37,451 nucleotides of DNA from a bacterium (GCA_037138655.1 JBAXHY010000003.1:1-37451), one strand, 5' to 3'. Positions 18,622-28,206 are shown, counted from the stretch's first letter. Translations and numbers: made by a program. The notes: generated by a model not told the origin, from the sequence alone.

Positions 18622-19893
18622 TTAGTGTAACACGCTGACTACTTTGTCATACAAAAGCGATGACGTAGTGTCTGATATGTCGCCCAATAAACCAAAAGCC
18701 CATTCGCCACTGCATGTAAGATTTAGCACGTCGCAAACATCTTTTGCGGTAATTGATTCTATTCTGCTTTGGAACGATGCTTCGTCTATACATTCGTCGG
18801 TTTGATAGTATTCGTGACTATATTTTCCTAATAATCCGGTTACAGTTTGTGCAGATCGAGCGTGCCTGCCCTTCATATACTGTTTTGCAGAATCAAGTTC
18901 TTCTGCGGTAATACCACCTTGTTTCATACCCTGAAATACGTCACGCGTAAGGTCAAATAATTTTACTGCATTTTTTTTGCTAACTTGAGCACCCAACCAA
19001 AAACTACTATAACCTTTAATTTGTTGCTGCCCAGAACCCATGGCGTAAACTAGTCCTTTTTCTCTGGCTGCACCTAATAATTTTGAATGTAGTGTTTCTG
19101 TTAATAGCGTTGACGCTACAGAAAGTGCATCTTTTTCTGTTTGGTTTAAAAGTCTTGGTGCGTATGAATCTATATAAAAATATATATTTGGAACATCTTT
19201 TCTTAAAATTATTACCGGGGTATTAAGAACTTTGGGTTTTTCGTCTGGTAGTGAAATTCTTTCTGTTGTACCAGGTAGTTTCATTGATTCAAGAAGTTTA
19301 ATATGACTTGGTTTTACGTCACCTGCAATAACAAATCTGGCGTTACTTATACTGTGTGTTTGCGCATAATGTTCTTTGACGTCTTCTAGGCTAACGTTTT
19401 TCATTAGTTCGACACGTTCTTGATCTGGTACGCTATAAAATCCAAGTGCCGTTCTTAAAGCTAGGTTAAGAGTTCTAAAATGATTATTTGATCGCCCTAC
19501 TAGTTCTTCTGATACGTTGCCAAATTCTGCCTTAAATTCACTAGGTTTAAAAATAGGCGATTCTATTGCTCCAATAAGTAATTTAATTACTCTATCTGCT
19601 TCGAATGCGGCACATTCGACTTCGTAATTTACATCGTAAGCGCTTGTACTGGCGTTGCTGTATGCACCATTTTTTTCTAGTTCGGCCTGAAATGCTCTGG
19701 CAGTCTTAAAACTACCATTTGCGCCCAACATTAAATGTTCCATTACGTGTGCTGTTTCCCACTTGTTTCTATCTAATAAAAACTCACCTGCTCTAAAACT
19801 AAATTCTATACTTATAACAGGCGCTTCGGGCACGTGCAAAACAAGTCCTTTTAGTCCGTTTTTTAGTGTGTGTTCTTTTACAGTATGTTTCAT
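18622..19893 (-). CDS. M16 family zinc metallopeptidase
   Basis: Inverted zinc motif AHVMEH, NASTS, REKGLVY. Confidence 0.9.
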   Translation of the reverse strand: MKHTVKEHTLKNGLKGLVLHVPEAPVISIEFSFRAGEFLLDRNKWETAHVMEHLMLGANGSFKTARAFQAELEKNGAYSNASTSAYDVNYEVECAAFEADRVIKLLIGAIESPIFKPSEFKAEFGNVSEELVGRSNNHFRTLNLALRTALGFYSVPDQERVELMKNVSLEDVKEHYAQTHSISNARFVIAGDVKPSHIKLLESMKLPGTTERISLPDEKPKVLNTPVIILRKDVPNIYFYIDSYAPRLLNQTEKDALSVASTLLTETLHSKLLGAAREKGLVYAMGSGQQQIKGYSSFWLGAQVSKKNAVKLFDLTRDVFQGMKQGGITAEELDSAKQYMKGRHARSAQTVTGLLGKYSHEYYQTDECIDEASFQSRIESITAKDVCDVLNLTCSGEWAFGLLGDISDTTSSLLYDKVVSVLH

Positions 19894-19919
19894 GGTTTTG
19901 TATTAAGTTCTATTTTATT

Positions 19920-19956
19920 ACTGTTAGTAGCAACCACACCCGACACTACTAACAGT
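19920..19956 (-). terminator. Hairpin downstream of secA (terminator or processing site)
   Basis: 11-bp inverted repeat ACTGTTAGTAG / CTACTAACAGT with 15-nt loop; no U-tract on minus strand. Confidence 0.4.
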
Positions 19957-19978
19957 TTTAATTATTATTTAATTACGG

Positions 19979-22585
19979 TTATTTTCTTTTTCTGGCTACC
20001 TTTTTACGAGTACGTTCTGCTTTGTGCGCCTTCTTTTTTACGTTGTGCTTTTTTGCTGCAACATTTACTGCTGATTTAGATGTAATAAAATCATCTTCTT
20101 CAAATTCTGTTGCGTCTAAGATTTTATCGGCGTTATCTACTGATTGTCTTGCTGCCTTTGTAAGTTCTGTTTCTGTAGGTTCGTCTAGATCATTAAAGTT
20201 AGCTGGTTCTGCTCTAAACAAAGCCTTTAAAACCTCGTGTCGTAGTGCTTGTTGCATTGTTTCGAACATAATTTGACCCTGTCGTCGGTATTCTACTAAT
20301 GGGTCTCTTTGGCCAACCGAAATCCAATGGATACCTTCACGCATGTGATCCATGTTTTCTAAGTGTTGCATCCAAAGGTTGTCTAAAATTTGCAAATAAA
20401 TATCGCGCTCTACTTTTCGCATATTTTCTGATCCAAAAACTTCTTCTCTGTCTTTGTATGCTTCGAGTGCTTCTGATTCTAGTGTTTTTTGGAACTTGCT
20501 TGAATCCATATCGAACAGTTTATCTAACTGATTTTCGTCAAAAGGAAAAACGTCTGATATTAATTTATCGAATCCTGATTTAAGTGAATCTGGTGAATGT
20601 ACAAGAGTTTTTACTTCGTTTTTAATAAATTCTTTAATCCGACCGCTAATTTCTGCTTGATGCAAGATTTCTCGGCGCATTGTGTAGGTTGCTTTACGGT
20701 GTCTGTTCATGACGTCGTCATATTCAACGACGTTTTTACGCATGTCAAAGTTAAAGCCTTCAACTTTTTTCTGTGCGCTTTCTAGGCTTTTACTAATAAC
20801 CCTGTTTTCGATTGGAGTATTGTCGTCGATTTTGAGTCGGTTCATAATATCTGCGATTCGTTCGCCGCCAAATATACGCATTAAATCGTCTTCTGTACTA
20901 ACAAAAAACTGACTTTCTCCTGGATCACCTTGTCTACCAGCACGTCCACGTAGCTGATTGTCGATTCGTCGTGATTCGTGTCGTTCGCTACCAAGAACAA
21001 ATAGTCCTCCGACTTCGATCACGCCTTCGCCTAATACAATGTCGGTACCACGTCCTGCAATGTTAGTAGCCAATGTTACAGCGCCTTTTTTACCTGCGTC
21101 TGCAATAATCTTAGCTTCGCGTTCGTTGTTTTTTGCGTTTAATACTTGGTGAGTAACACCTTCTTTTTTAAGTAGTGAACCTAATAACTCGTTTTTTTCT
21201 ACAGATACTGTACCTATCAAAACTGGTTGACCCTTAGTTTGGAGTCGTTTAACTTCTTTAGCAATAGCTTTGAATTTTCCTACTTCTGTACGATAAATTC
21301 TGTCTGATTTATCTAGTCTAGAAACTTTTCTGTTTGGTGGTATTTCGACTACTTCTAGCTTATAGATCATATGGAATTCTTCTGCTTCGGTATTTGCTGT
21401 ACCTGTCATGCCAGAAAGCTTACTGTATAGTCTAAAATAATTCTGAAAACTAATTGTTGCTAGTGTCATTGATTCTTCTTGAACTTCGACACCTTCTTTT
21501 GCTTCGATTGCCTGGTGAAGACCTTCGTTGTATCTTCGGCCTTTTAATAAACGACCCGTAAATTCGTCTACAATCACTACTTCGCCGTCTTTTGTTACTA
21601 CGTAATCTTTGTCGCGTTTAAATAGGCCGTGCGCTTTTAGGGCTTGGTCTAGATGGTAAATAGTTCTGATATTTGCTGTATCGTAAAGGTTTTTGATGCC
21701 CAAAGATTTTTCTATATATTCTATGCCTTCGTCTGTTAGCACACATGATCGGCGCTTTTCGTCGACTTCAAAATGTTTATCTTTAACAAGTTGACGTGAT
21801 ACTTTTGCGAACTGAAGATAAGCGCTGCCACTTGCTGCCGCAGATGAGCTGATGATTAAAGGAGTTCTTGCTTCGTCGATTAAAATTGAGTCGACTTCGT
21901 CTACGATTGCGTAGTTTAGTTCTCGTTGACGTAACTGTTCTGTTTCTCTTACCATGTTGTCACGCAAGTAATCAAAGCCATACTCGTTGTTTGTACCGTA
22001 TGTAATATCTGCACGGTAGGCTTCTTGTCTTGATGCTGGCTTTAGGTGCTTAAATCGTTCGTCTTCGTGGTCTTTGTTATTGTAATTTGCGTCAAAAATA
22101 AATGACTGATCGGGAATAATAACACCTACAGTTAGTCCTAAGAATGTATAAATTTGACCCATCCAACCTGCATCACGTTGTACAAGATAGTCGTTTACCG
22201 TTACAAGGTGAGCACCTTTACCGGTTATTGCGTTTAGGTACATTGGAAGTGTTGCTACTAAAGTTTTACCTTCTCCGGTTTTCATTTCGGCAACTTTGCC
22301 TTCGTGCAATACCATTCCACCAATAAGCTGAACATCAAAATGTCGCATTCCTAAAACTCTTCTGGATGCCTCGCGAACAAGCGCAAAAGCATCTGGCAAA
22401 ATTGTATCTAGAGTGTCTTTACCGTCTAGTCGTTTTTTAAGCACATCAGTCTGTTGTGCTAGTTCTTTGTCTGTAAATTTTTTATATTTATCTTCTAATG
22501 CATTTATTGTTGTAACACGCTTTTTAAGACGTTTAAGTGTTTTTACTTGCGGATCGCCTAGTACTCGTTTTACAAATTTTTTCAC
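19979..22585 (-). CDS. secA: Preprotein translocase ATPase SecA
   Basis: MKTGEGKT, DEVDSILIDEARTPLIIS, TNIAGRGTDI, QLRGRAGRQGDPG. Confidence 0.99.
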   Translation of the reverse strand: MKKFVKRVLGDPQVKTLKRLKKRVTTINALEDKYKKFTDKELAQQTDVLKKRLDGKDTLDTILPDAFALVREASRRVLGMRHFDVQLIGGMVLHEGKVAEMKTGEGKTLVATLPMYLNAITGKGAHLVTVNDYLVQRDAGWMGQIYTFLGLTVGVIIPDQSFIFDANYNNKDHEDERFKHLKPASRQEAYRADITYGTNNEYGFDYLRDNMVRETEQLRQRELNYAIVDEVDSILIDEARTPLIISSSAAASGSAYLQFAKVSRQLVKDKHFEVDEKRRSCVLTDEGIEYIEKSLGIKNLYDTANIRTIYHLDQALKAHGLFKRDKDYVVTKDGEVVIVDEFTGRLLKGRRYNEGLHQAIEAKEGVEVQEESMTLATISFQNYFRLYSKLSGMTGTANTEAEEFHMIYKLEVVEIPPNRKVSRLDKSDRIYRTEVGKFKAIAKEVKRLQTKGQPVLIGTVSVEKNELLGSLLKKEGVTHQVLNAKNNEREAKIIADAGKKGAVTLATNIAGRGTDIVLGEGVIEVGGLFVLGSERHESRRIDNQLRGRAGRQGDPGESQFFVSTEDDLMRIFGGERIADIMNRLKIDDNTPIENRVISKSLESAQKKVEGFNFDMRKNVVEYDDVMNRHRKATYTMRREILHQAEISGRIKEFIKNEVKTLVHSPDSLKSGFDKLISDVFPFDENQLDKLFDMDSSKFQKTLESEALEAYKDREEVFGSENMRKVERDIYLQILDNLWMQHLENMDHMREGIHWISVGQRDPLVEYRRQGQIMFETMQQALRHEVLKALFRAEPANFNDLDEPTETELTKAARQSVDNADKILDATEFEEDDFITSKSAVNVAAKKHNVKKKAHKAERTRKKVARKRK

Positions 22586-22616
22586 TATTAATTCCCCTTA
22601 GGTATTTCTTATATTC

Positions 22617-22663
22617 GACAATCAGACGTGAGACCGTCTGCAGTTTACCCACCTTAAACTGTC
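22617..22663 (-). promoter_or_regulatory. Structured 5' leader of secA (two abutting hairpins)
   Basis: CAGTTTA-aggtggg-TAAACTG directly followed by CAGACG-gtctca-CGTCTG, between TATAAT (22680-22675) and SD AAGGGG. Confidence 0.45.
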
Positions 22664-22695
22664 ATTCTGATATTATTATACCCTAACAGGGTTGA

Positions 22696-23064
22696 TTAGC
22701 GCGATAGTATTTTACCTAAAAATTTACGAACTTTACGATCTTTATGACCAGACCGTTCGCTGACTTTTTGTTCTTTGTATTTTTTGAGTCTATTTTTAAG
22801 AGTTGCTTCGGCAATATCTGTAGCCGCAAAGATATTTAAAGTACTTTCACTTACTACGATTTTTTCTTGGGGTAGAGTTATAATTATTTCGCATGTAAAT
22901 TGTCTTTTATTTTTTGAATGCGATTCTTTTAAAATAACACTGGCGTGAACTGATTCACGGGCTGGTTTTGGCACATATTTATCTAATTTATTAATTTTTT
23001 TAGTTATATACTTTTTTAAATCTGGCTCTAGTTCCATGTGTACTGCGCTTATTTCTAATTTCAT
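22696..23064 (-). CDS. raiA: Ribosome hibernation factor HPF/RaiA (short form)
   Basis: S30AE pattern LKKYITKKINKLDKY...IFAATD...LKKYKE; usual position upstream of secA. Confidence 0.9.
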   Translation of the reverse strand: MKLEISAVHMELEPDLKKYITKKINKLDKYVPKPARESVHASVILKESHSKNKRQFTCEIIITLPQEKIVVSESTLNIFAATDIAEATLKNRLKKYKEQKVSERSGHKDRKVRKFLGKILSR

Positions 23065-24305
23065 ATCTGTTCCCTACCTCCCATATAAGTTTGAAGAATT
23101 TTTGGAATAGCCAACATACCATCTGAAGTTTGGTAATGTTCTAAAATAGCTACCAATGTTCTGGCCATTGATACGGCTGTACCATTTAGCGAATGCAAAA
23201 GCTCTACCTTACCGTCGCTGCGTCGCACTCTAATATTAAGGTTTCTCGTCTGAAAATCCGTACAATTAGAGCAACTTGTTATTTCTCTGTAGCTTCCGTC
23301 AACTTTAGACCAATATTCTATATCGTATTTTTTTGCTGCTGGTGCGCCTAAGTCACCGCTGGCAATATTAATTACATGATAAGGAATTCCAATTTCTTGC
23401 CAAATTTCTTCTTCGATAGCCAAGATATTTTGGTGCATTTCTTCACTTTTTTCTGGCAAAGTAAATGCGTACATTTCTAGCTTATTAAATTGGTGAACCC
23501 TAAATAATCCCCTGGTGTGCTTGCCGTATGTTCCTGCTTCTTTGCGGTAGCAAGGGCTAAGACCAGCGTACTTTAATGGCAGGTCTTTTTCTTCTATTAT
23601 TTCGTCTGCATGATAGCCAGTAATTGGCATTTCGGCTGTTGCAATAAGCGACAAATCTTCGCCGTCAATAAAATATTCGTCACTTTGATCTGTTGATCTA
23701 GGTGCAAATCCTGTGCCTGTAGCCGTACGACTGTTAACCATATGAGGCACAGTCATGTAGGTAAACCCTTTTTTTGTCACCTTATTTATTGCGTACTGAA
23801 CAACTGCGTTTTCTAAAAGAGCAAGATCGCCCTTTAAAAAATAAAACTTTGCACCAGCAACTTTTGCGCCACGGTCAAAGTCTACCCAACCACGTTCGGT
23901 AGCAAAATCTAGGTGGTCTTTTGCGCCAATATCTTTATTGCCGTATTGTTTAACTTCTACCGATGCAGATTCATCGCCAATCGGAACGTCATCAAAATGC
24001 ATATTTGGAACTTGCTTAAGTAAGGTTTCAAATTCTTGGGTTAGCTTATTTAATTGTTCTTCTTTGTCTGTAAGTTCTGTTTTAAGAATTTTACCTTCGT
24101 CTATAACAGATTGATCAGGCTTTCCGCCCTTCATTTTTGAAGAATTTTCGTTTCGTTTTTGGCGAAGTGTTTCTACGGCTTGCAGTACTGCTAATCGTTC
24201 GCTATCTAGTGATATTATTTTATTAATGTCTACTTTTATACCTTTGTTGGCAGTTTTTTGCGCAACAAGCTCTGGATTGTCACGAATAATTTGGATGTCT
24301 ATCAT
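23061..24305 (-). CDS. serS: Serine--tRNA ligase
   Basis: MIDIQIIR, LIATAE, RKEAG, GLFRVHQF, EITSCSNC, LNGT. Confidence 0.98.
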   Translation of the reverse strand: MIDIQIIRDNPELVAQKTANKGIKVDINKIISLDSERLAVLQAVETLRQKRNENSSKMKGGKPDQSVIDEGKILKTELTDKEEQLNKLTQEFETLLKQVPNMHFDDVPIGDESASVEVKQYGNKDIGAKDHLDFATERGWVDFDRGAKVAGAKFYFLKGDLALLENAVVQYAINKVTKKGFTYMTVPHMVNSRTATGTGFAPRSTDQSDEYFIDGEDLSLIATAEMPITGYHADEIIEEKDLPLKYAGLSPCYRKEAGTYGKHTRGLFRVHQFNKLEMYAFTLPEKSEEMHQNILAIEEEIWQEIGIPYHVINIASGDLGAPAAKKYDIEYWSKVDGSYREITSCSNCTDFQTRNLNIRVRRSDGKVELLHSLNGTAVSMARTLVAILEHYQTSDGMLAIPKILQTYMGGREQI

Positions 24306-24330
24306 TAAATATTATTATAAACCTGTACAC

Positions 24331-25119
24331 CTATAAAGTGCGAGTGTTTTTTATTGCATTAATAGTCAATTGGGTTCTTGAGCGTGCATATGCACAGTAA
24401 TCACATTCTCCACCCATAGCTGCAGTGCCTACTTCTGGCATTTCGCCGTCCATGCATTTTTTCATTTTAATAAGAGTTGGTTCTACCCAACTGTCTGAAC
24501 CGGTGTACGGAATTAGTTTTGTCTTAAAGTCTAACTTATCAAAAAATCCTTCTGCATCCATTTTGCCGTTTGTATACACAAAATAACCCGTGTCAGATAC
24601 GGCCAAACCATTTGCCCTAAGTAACCATTGGTAAACTTCTAATTGCCTTTTGTAGCTTATTTGCCAGTCACTATCTATACTAACTTCTTTGTCTTTGCTA
24701 GTAGCCTTATAGTCGACAACAATAACCTGCCCATCTTCGTCTATCCAAGCGTCGTCTATACCGCCAAATACATGCAAGTTTGTTAGCTTATGAACGCTTA
24801 TTATACCTGTAAATGTATGACGCCACGTTTCTAAATCTTTGTGCTGCATTGGCACGGCTTTTAGGCCGTTTGCAACCATTATTGGGTGCGGCTTTTGTTG
24901 AACACGGTAAGAATCAAATTCCTTTTTAAAAAGTTCGTCGATTGCTTTGTTTATGTTAAACGGTGGACCGCTAGGACGCGTAATTTTAAGTCGTACATCT
25001 AGCCAAAAACAACGAGGGCACTGCATAAACAGTTCTATTTTGCTTCGGGACACCTTAAAAGGTGCAACTTGCCCAGGTATATAAGGTTGCGACCGCTCAC
25101 GCCAATAATTATTCGCCAT
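24331..25119 (-). CDS. PD-(D/E)XK nuclease, AddB/Cas4-like
   Basis: SRSK..CPRC, GGIDD, VVDYK, QLEVY, C-terminal CDYC. Confidence 0.85.
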   Translation of the reverse strand: MANNYWRERSQPYIPGQVAPFKVSRSKIELFMQCPRCFWLDVRLKITRPSGPPFNINKAIDELFKKEFDSYRVQQKPHPIMVANGLKAVPMQHKDLETWRHTFTGIISVHKLTNLHVFGGIDDAWIDEDGQVIVVDYKATSKDKEVSIDSDWQISYKRQLEVYQWLLRANGLAVSDTGYFVYTNGKMDAEGFFDKLDFKTKLIPYTGSDSWVEPTLIKMKKCMDGEMPEVGTAAMGGECDYCAYARSRTQLTINAIKNTRTL

Positions 25120-25123
25120 AGGT

Positions 25124-25846
25124 TTATACTCCTAAAATCGAGGTTGTTGCAGCAACACAGGCGGTTTCTGCACGCAAGGTAAATTGAGCTATGTTTAGTT
25201 TTGTACAATTAGCCTCTAGGAGTTGTTTTTCGGCATCAGTCCATCCGCCCTCAGGGCCAATAAAAACGCCTACTGGTGTCTTTGAGTCAACAGTTACTAG
25301 TCCTTTGTCTACAGCTTCTTGGTGTTGTTCGGCAAAATACAGTGTCATTTTATCTTTAAATTCGTCTATTACAGCTTGAATCCCCAGAGGTTCACGTACG
25401 CGTGGAATATCACTTCGTCCACATTGTTCTGATGCTTCTTTGACGATTTTTAATGCTCGCTCTTCGTCAAATCCAGTTTTTTCGGTTCTGCTACTCAAAA
25501 TTGGCACAAAATGAGACACACCAAGTTCTGTGCATTTTTGCATAACCCATTCGTTTTTGTCTTTTTTTAACATGCTCCAAAATAAATATAATTCACGTTT
25601 TGGATATACTGGTTCAAGTTCTGTTACCAAATCCAAGCCAATACTTAGTTCTTCTATTTTGTGAATTTTATAAAGTCGGTCTTCGCCTTGTCCGTTAAAC
25701 AAAATAAGTTCATCGCCAACTTTATATCTTAAAACTCGTGACCATTGGTTAAATAACTCTGCGTCGTTTACCCAAATATGTTGCCGTAGTTCGATTGCAC
25801 CGTATTTGTCATGCAATTTGCCTACGTAAAATCTATGTAACTTCAT
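25124..25846 (-). CDS. rsmE: 16S rRNA m3U1498 methyltransferase
   Basis: RVLR, QKCTELGV, EASEQCGR, IGPEGG, LRAETA. Confidence 0.95.
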   Translation of the reverse strand: MKLHRFYVGKLHDKYGAIELRQHIWVNDAELFNQWSRVLRYKVGDELILFNGQGEDRLYKIHKIEELSIGLDLVTELEPVYPKRELYLFWSMLKKDKNEWVMQKCTELGVSHFVPILSSRTEKTGFDEERALKIVKEASEQCGRSDIPRVREPLGIQAVIDEFKDKMTLYFAEQHQEAVDKGLVTVDSKTPVGVFIGPEGGWTDAEKQLLEANCTKLNIAQFTLRAETACVAATTSILGV

Positions 25847-27105
25847 TATTTTAACTCTAGCACAGCCAATGATTCAATGTGAGGTGTTCTTGGAAAAAAA
25901 TTATAACCTTCAAAAAATTTAATTTTATATCCGGCGTCTGTAAGTAATTTTATGTCTCTTGAATGAGTACTTGGATTGCAAGATAAGTAAGCTATAACAG
26001 GAGGTTTAACTTCTATTAGTCTATTTGTAACATAAGACCCCAAACCTGCTCTGGGCGGGTCAACAATAACAGCTTCTTTACCCGTTATGTAATCTAGTGA
26101 CTTGTCGGCAGAGGCATGAATAACTTTAATCGGAAGATCGCCAATGTTTTTCTTTGCCATTTCGATATTTGCTGCATCAAGTTCTATTAATGCGGTTGTG
26201 CCAGCTAGTGGTATTCCAATAGAACCAACTCCACTATAAAGGTCAATTTTTGGTGAACCACCCAATGCGTCACCGATTCTTGCTAGTGCTGTTTCGAAAA
26301 CAGGAATATTGACCTGAAAAAACGACAATACGTCATAAGTTAATTTTGTTCCCATTACAGTGTCCTGAAGCGTACGCTTGCCTTCTTGGTGCAAAAGTTC
26401 GGTAGGCACAGATGCCGGGCTTCTTGGATTGCTGTGATAAATTAAAAGTCCTTTTAATGAATCAGGGCAAGTAAGTTTAGGAAACGATTTTGGTTTTACG
26501 AATAATGCAGCAACGGCGTCGCCGGCAACGTTACAGCGAATAATTATAGATTTAATGTCGCCTGCACGTATAGCTTTTTTGCCGGTAGTTAGAGTGTTTA
26601 GTTGTTCTACTATATCTGCAACTGCTTCGTTAATTGCGGGCTGCGCGAGTGCGCTTCCTACAACTTTTGTTTTTCCATGACTTCCACGGACAAAATGAGC
26701 TAAACTTATACCTTCATTATCTCCCCAAAAACCGAACTCCATTTTGCTTCTGTAGCCTTCGCTTTTTTTACCAAATTCAAATTTAAAATCTGGTAAATCT
26801 ACTTTTTCGCGGGCGAATGCTTCTGCCAAAATTTCTTTTTTAGATTTATTTTCGGCTTCAAAAGTCATTATTTGCCAAGGACTTGTAGCTAAATAACTAG
26901 CTGGTTCACGCGGGCTGATTCTGTCTGCGCTTGGCTTAATAATTTCTTCGGCTAGTGCTTCTGCAAAACCTTTTTTACTTTTTAAAAGTCTGATGTTTAC
27001 GACTTCACCCGGTAAGGCGTTCCAAACAAATACTTTTCTGCCGTCTGATAAAGTAGCAAGACCTTGTCCGCCATGTACTAATTTTTCTATTGTAACTTCT
27101 TCCAT
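25846..27105 (-). CDS. TRAM-domain RNA m5U methyltransferase (RlmD/TrmA family)
   Basis: TRAM domain, SFFQVN, DLYSGVG, VDPPRAG, YLSCNP, FPRTPHIE; the usual Fe-S cysteine cluster is absent. Confidence 0.9.
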   Translation of the reverse strand: MEEVTIEKLVHGGQGLATLSDGRKVFVWNALPGEVVNIRLLKSKKGFAEALAEEIIKPSADRISPREPASYLATSPWQIMTFEAENKSKKEILAEAFAREKVDLPDFKFEFGKKSEGYRSKMEFGFWGDNEGISLAHFVRGSHGKTKVVGSALAQPAINEAVADIVEQLNTLTTGKKAIRAGDIKSIIIRCNVAGDAVAALFVKPKSFPKLTCPDSLKGLLIYHSNPRSPASVPTELLHQEGKRTLQDTVMGTKLTYDVLSFFQVNIPVFETALARIGDALGGSPKIDLYSGVGSIGIPLAGTTALIELDAANIEMAKKNIGDLPIKVIHASADKSLDYITGKEAVIVDPPRAGLGSYVTNRLIEVKPPVIAYLSCNPSTHSRDIKLLTDAGYKIKFFEGYNFFPRTPHIESLAVLELK

Positions 27106-27194
27106 ATGTTTACTATTTTACAGTTAAATACAGATATAAGCTATAAAATTTATTTGTTGGCGCAAGTTTGATTAGACTAAAAATTAATTGTACG

Positions 27195-27237
27195 TAAATA
27201 ATAAAAGACGCACGTAGCGTGCGTCTTTTATTATTTA
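27195..27237 (-). terminator. Strong intrinsic terminator after heliorhodopsin
   Basis: 20-bp perfect inverted repeat TAAATAATAAAAGACGCACG-tag-CGTGCGTCTTTTATTATTTA. Confidence 0.85.
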
Positions 27238-27252
27238 TTAATCTGTATAAGA

Positions 27253-28200
27253 TTATGGACGAAGAATGCCTGCAAATACTTGCCATGCAAGTACTGACTT
27301 TGCAACCAACGAAAGAATCATGTAGACCTTTTCGCCGTATAAATATTCTGCCCACTTACCTTTTTTAGCGTACTGAAGGTACATATTTACTGCAAAACAG
27401 TTAAAGAACAAGAATATGCTTACAAGTATTGCATAAACAAAACTTGGTGGACCGCCACCTTCGCCGTATTTACCAGAACCAATAATATAAATTGCATATA
27501 CAATCCAAGGAGCGATTCCAGAAATACATCCTACGATATAGCTTGACCAATCAACTTTGCTTTTGCCCTGGTTTACGATTTCCATGACAAGGCCCAAAAG
27601 ATTCATGACTGAAGTTAGTGCAAACATCATTATTAATGATCCTAGGTCAAAAACTCCTGCTAATAGCGCTATTGCAACCATCATTGTGCTGGCGCTAAGA
27701 CTGTATTCGATCCAACGAGCCTTATTGATGCCCTTAGAAAGTCCAGCTTCGTAACGCTTTCGGTACCAAGTTGCAATGCTAACGTGAGCGACTGCTGACA
27801 TTGCAAAAAAGGCTACAATTAACCAAGCAAGGTTAATGTCGAATAGTGAATGACTTGCAGCAACAAGCACTGGACGTTCTGTTGTACTAGCTAGTGAATC
27901 TAATGAAAGATAATTAGTTGTTACTGTTTGCAAGCCCATTCCAGGTTTTGCTAACCAAAGTACAAGCGCTGCTTGAACTGCATGTAATACTGCCATAGAA
28001 ATATTCCAACGGAACAATCTGTCCATTACAGATTTTGCTGCAGTTGGTTTTACTACTGTAGTTTTACTGGCAACTGCTTTTTTAGCAACTGCTGGTTTAA
28101 CAACCTTTTTAGATACTGTTTTTTTAGTTACTTTAGTTGGTGATTTTTTTACTGTTTTGGTCTTTTTAGTTGTCGATGATTTTTTAGTAGTTGTAGCCAT
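27253..28200 (-). CDS. Heliorhodopsin with Lys-rich N-terminal extension
   Basis: 7 TM; LHAVQA (TM1 His), SAVAH (TM2 His), RWIEYSLSAS (counterion Glu), SLVAKSVLAWQ (retinal Lys). Confidence 0.95.
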   Translation of the reverse strand: MATTTKKSSTTKKTKTVKKSPTKVTKKTVSKKVVKPAVAKKAVASKTTVVKPTAAKSVMDRLFRWNISMAVLHAVQAALVLWLAKPGMGLQTVTTNYLSLDSLASTTERPVLVAASHSLFDINLAWLIVAFFAMSAVAHVSIATWYRKRYEAGLSKGINKARWIEYSLSASTMMVAIALLAGVFDLGSLIMMFALTSVMNLLGLVMEIVNQGKSKVDWSSYIVGCISGIAPWIVYAIYIIGSGKYGEGGGPPSFVYAILVSIFLFFNCFAVNMYLQYAKKGKWAEYLYGEKVYMILSLVAKSVLAWQVFAGILRP

Positions 28201-28206
28201 GCAAAT

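Noticed and set aside
23061-23070. raiA-motif ncRNA upstream of raiA
   Set aside because: raiA overlaps the serS stop codon, leaving no room for it.
24331-25119. CRISPR-Cas locus suggested by the Cas4-like gene
   Set aside because: No cas1/cas2/effector genes and no repeat-spacer array anywhere in the window.
27113-27355. 80-aa minus-strand ORF
   Set aside because: Overlaps the heliorhodopsin 3' end in another frame and runs through its terminator.
27253-28200. Type-1 proton-pumping rhodopsin
   Set aside because: RWIEY and SLVAK motifs are heliorhodopsin-type, not RYxDW / DxxxK.
28030-28200. DNA tandem repeat in the heliorhodopsin tail
   Set aside because: Similarity follows from Lys/Thr/Val codon bias; no exact repeat unit.
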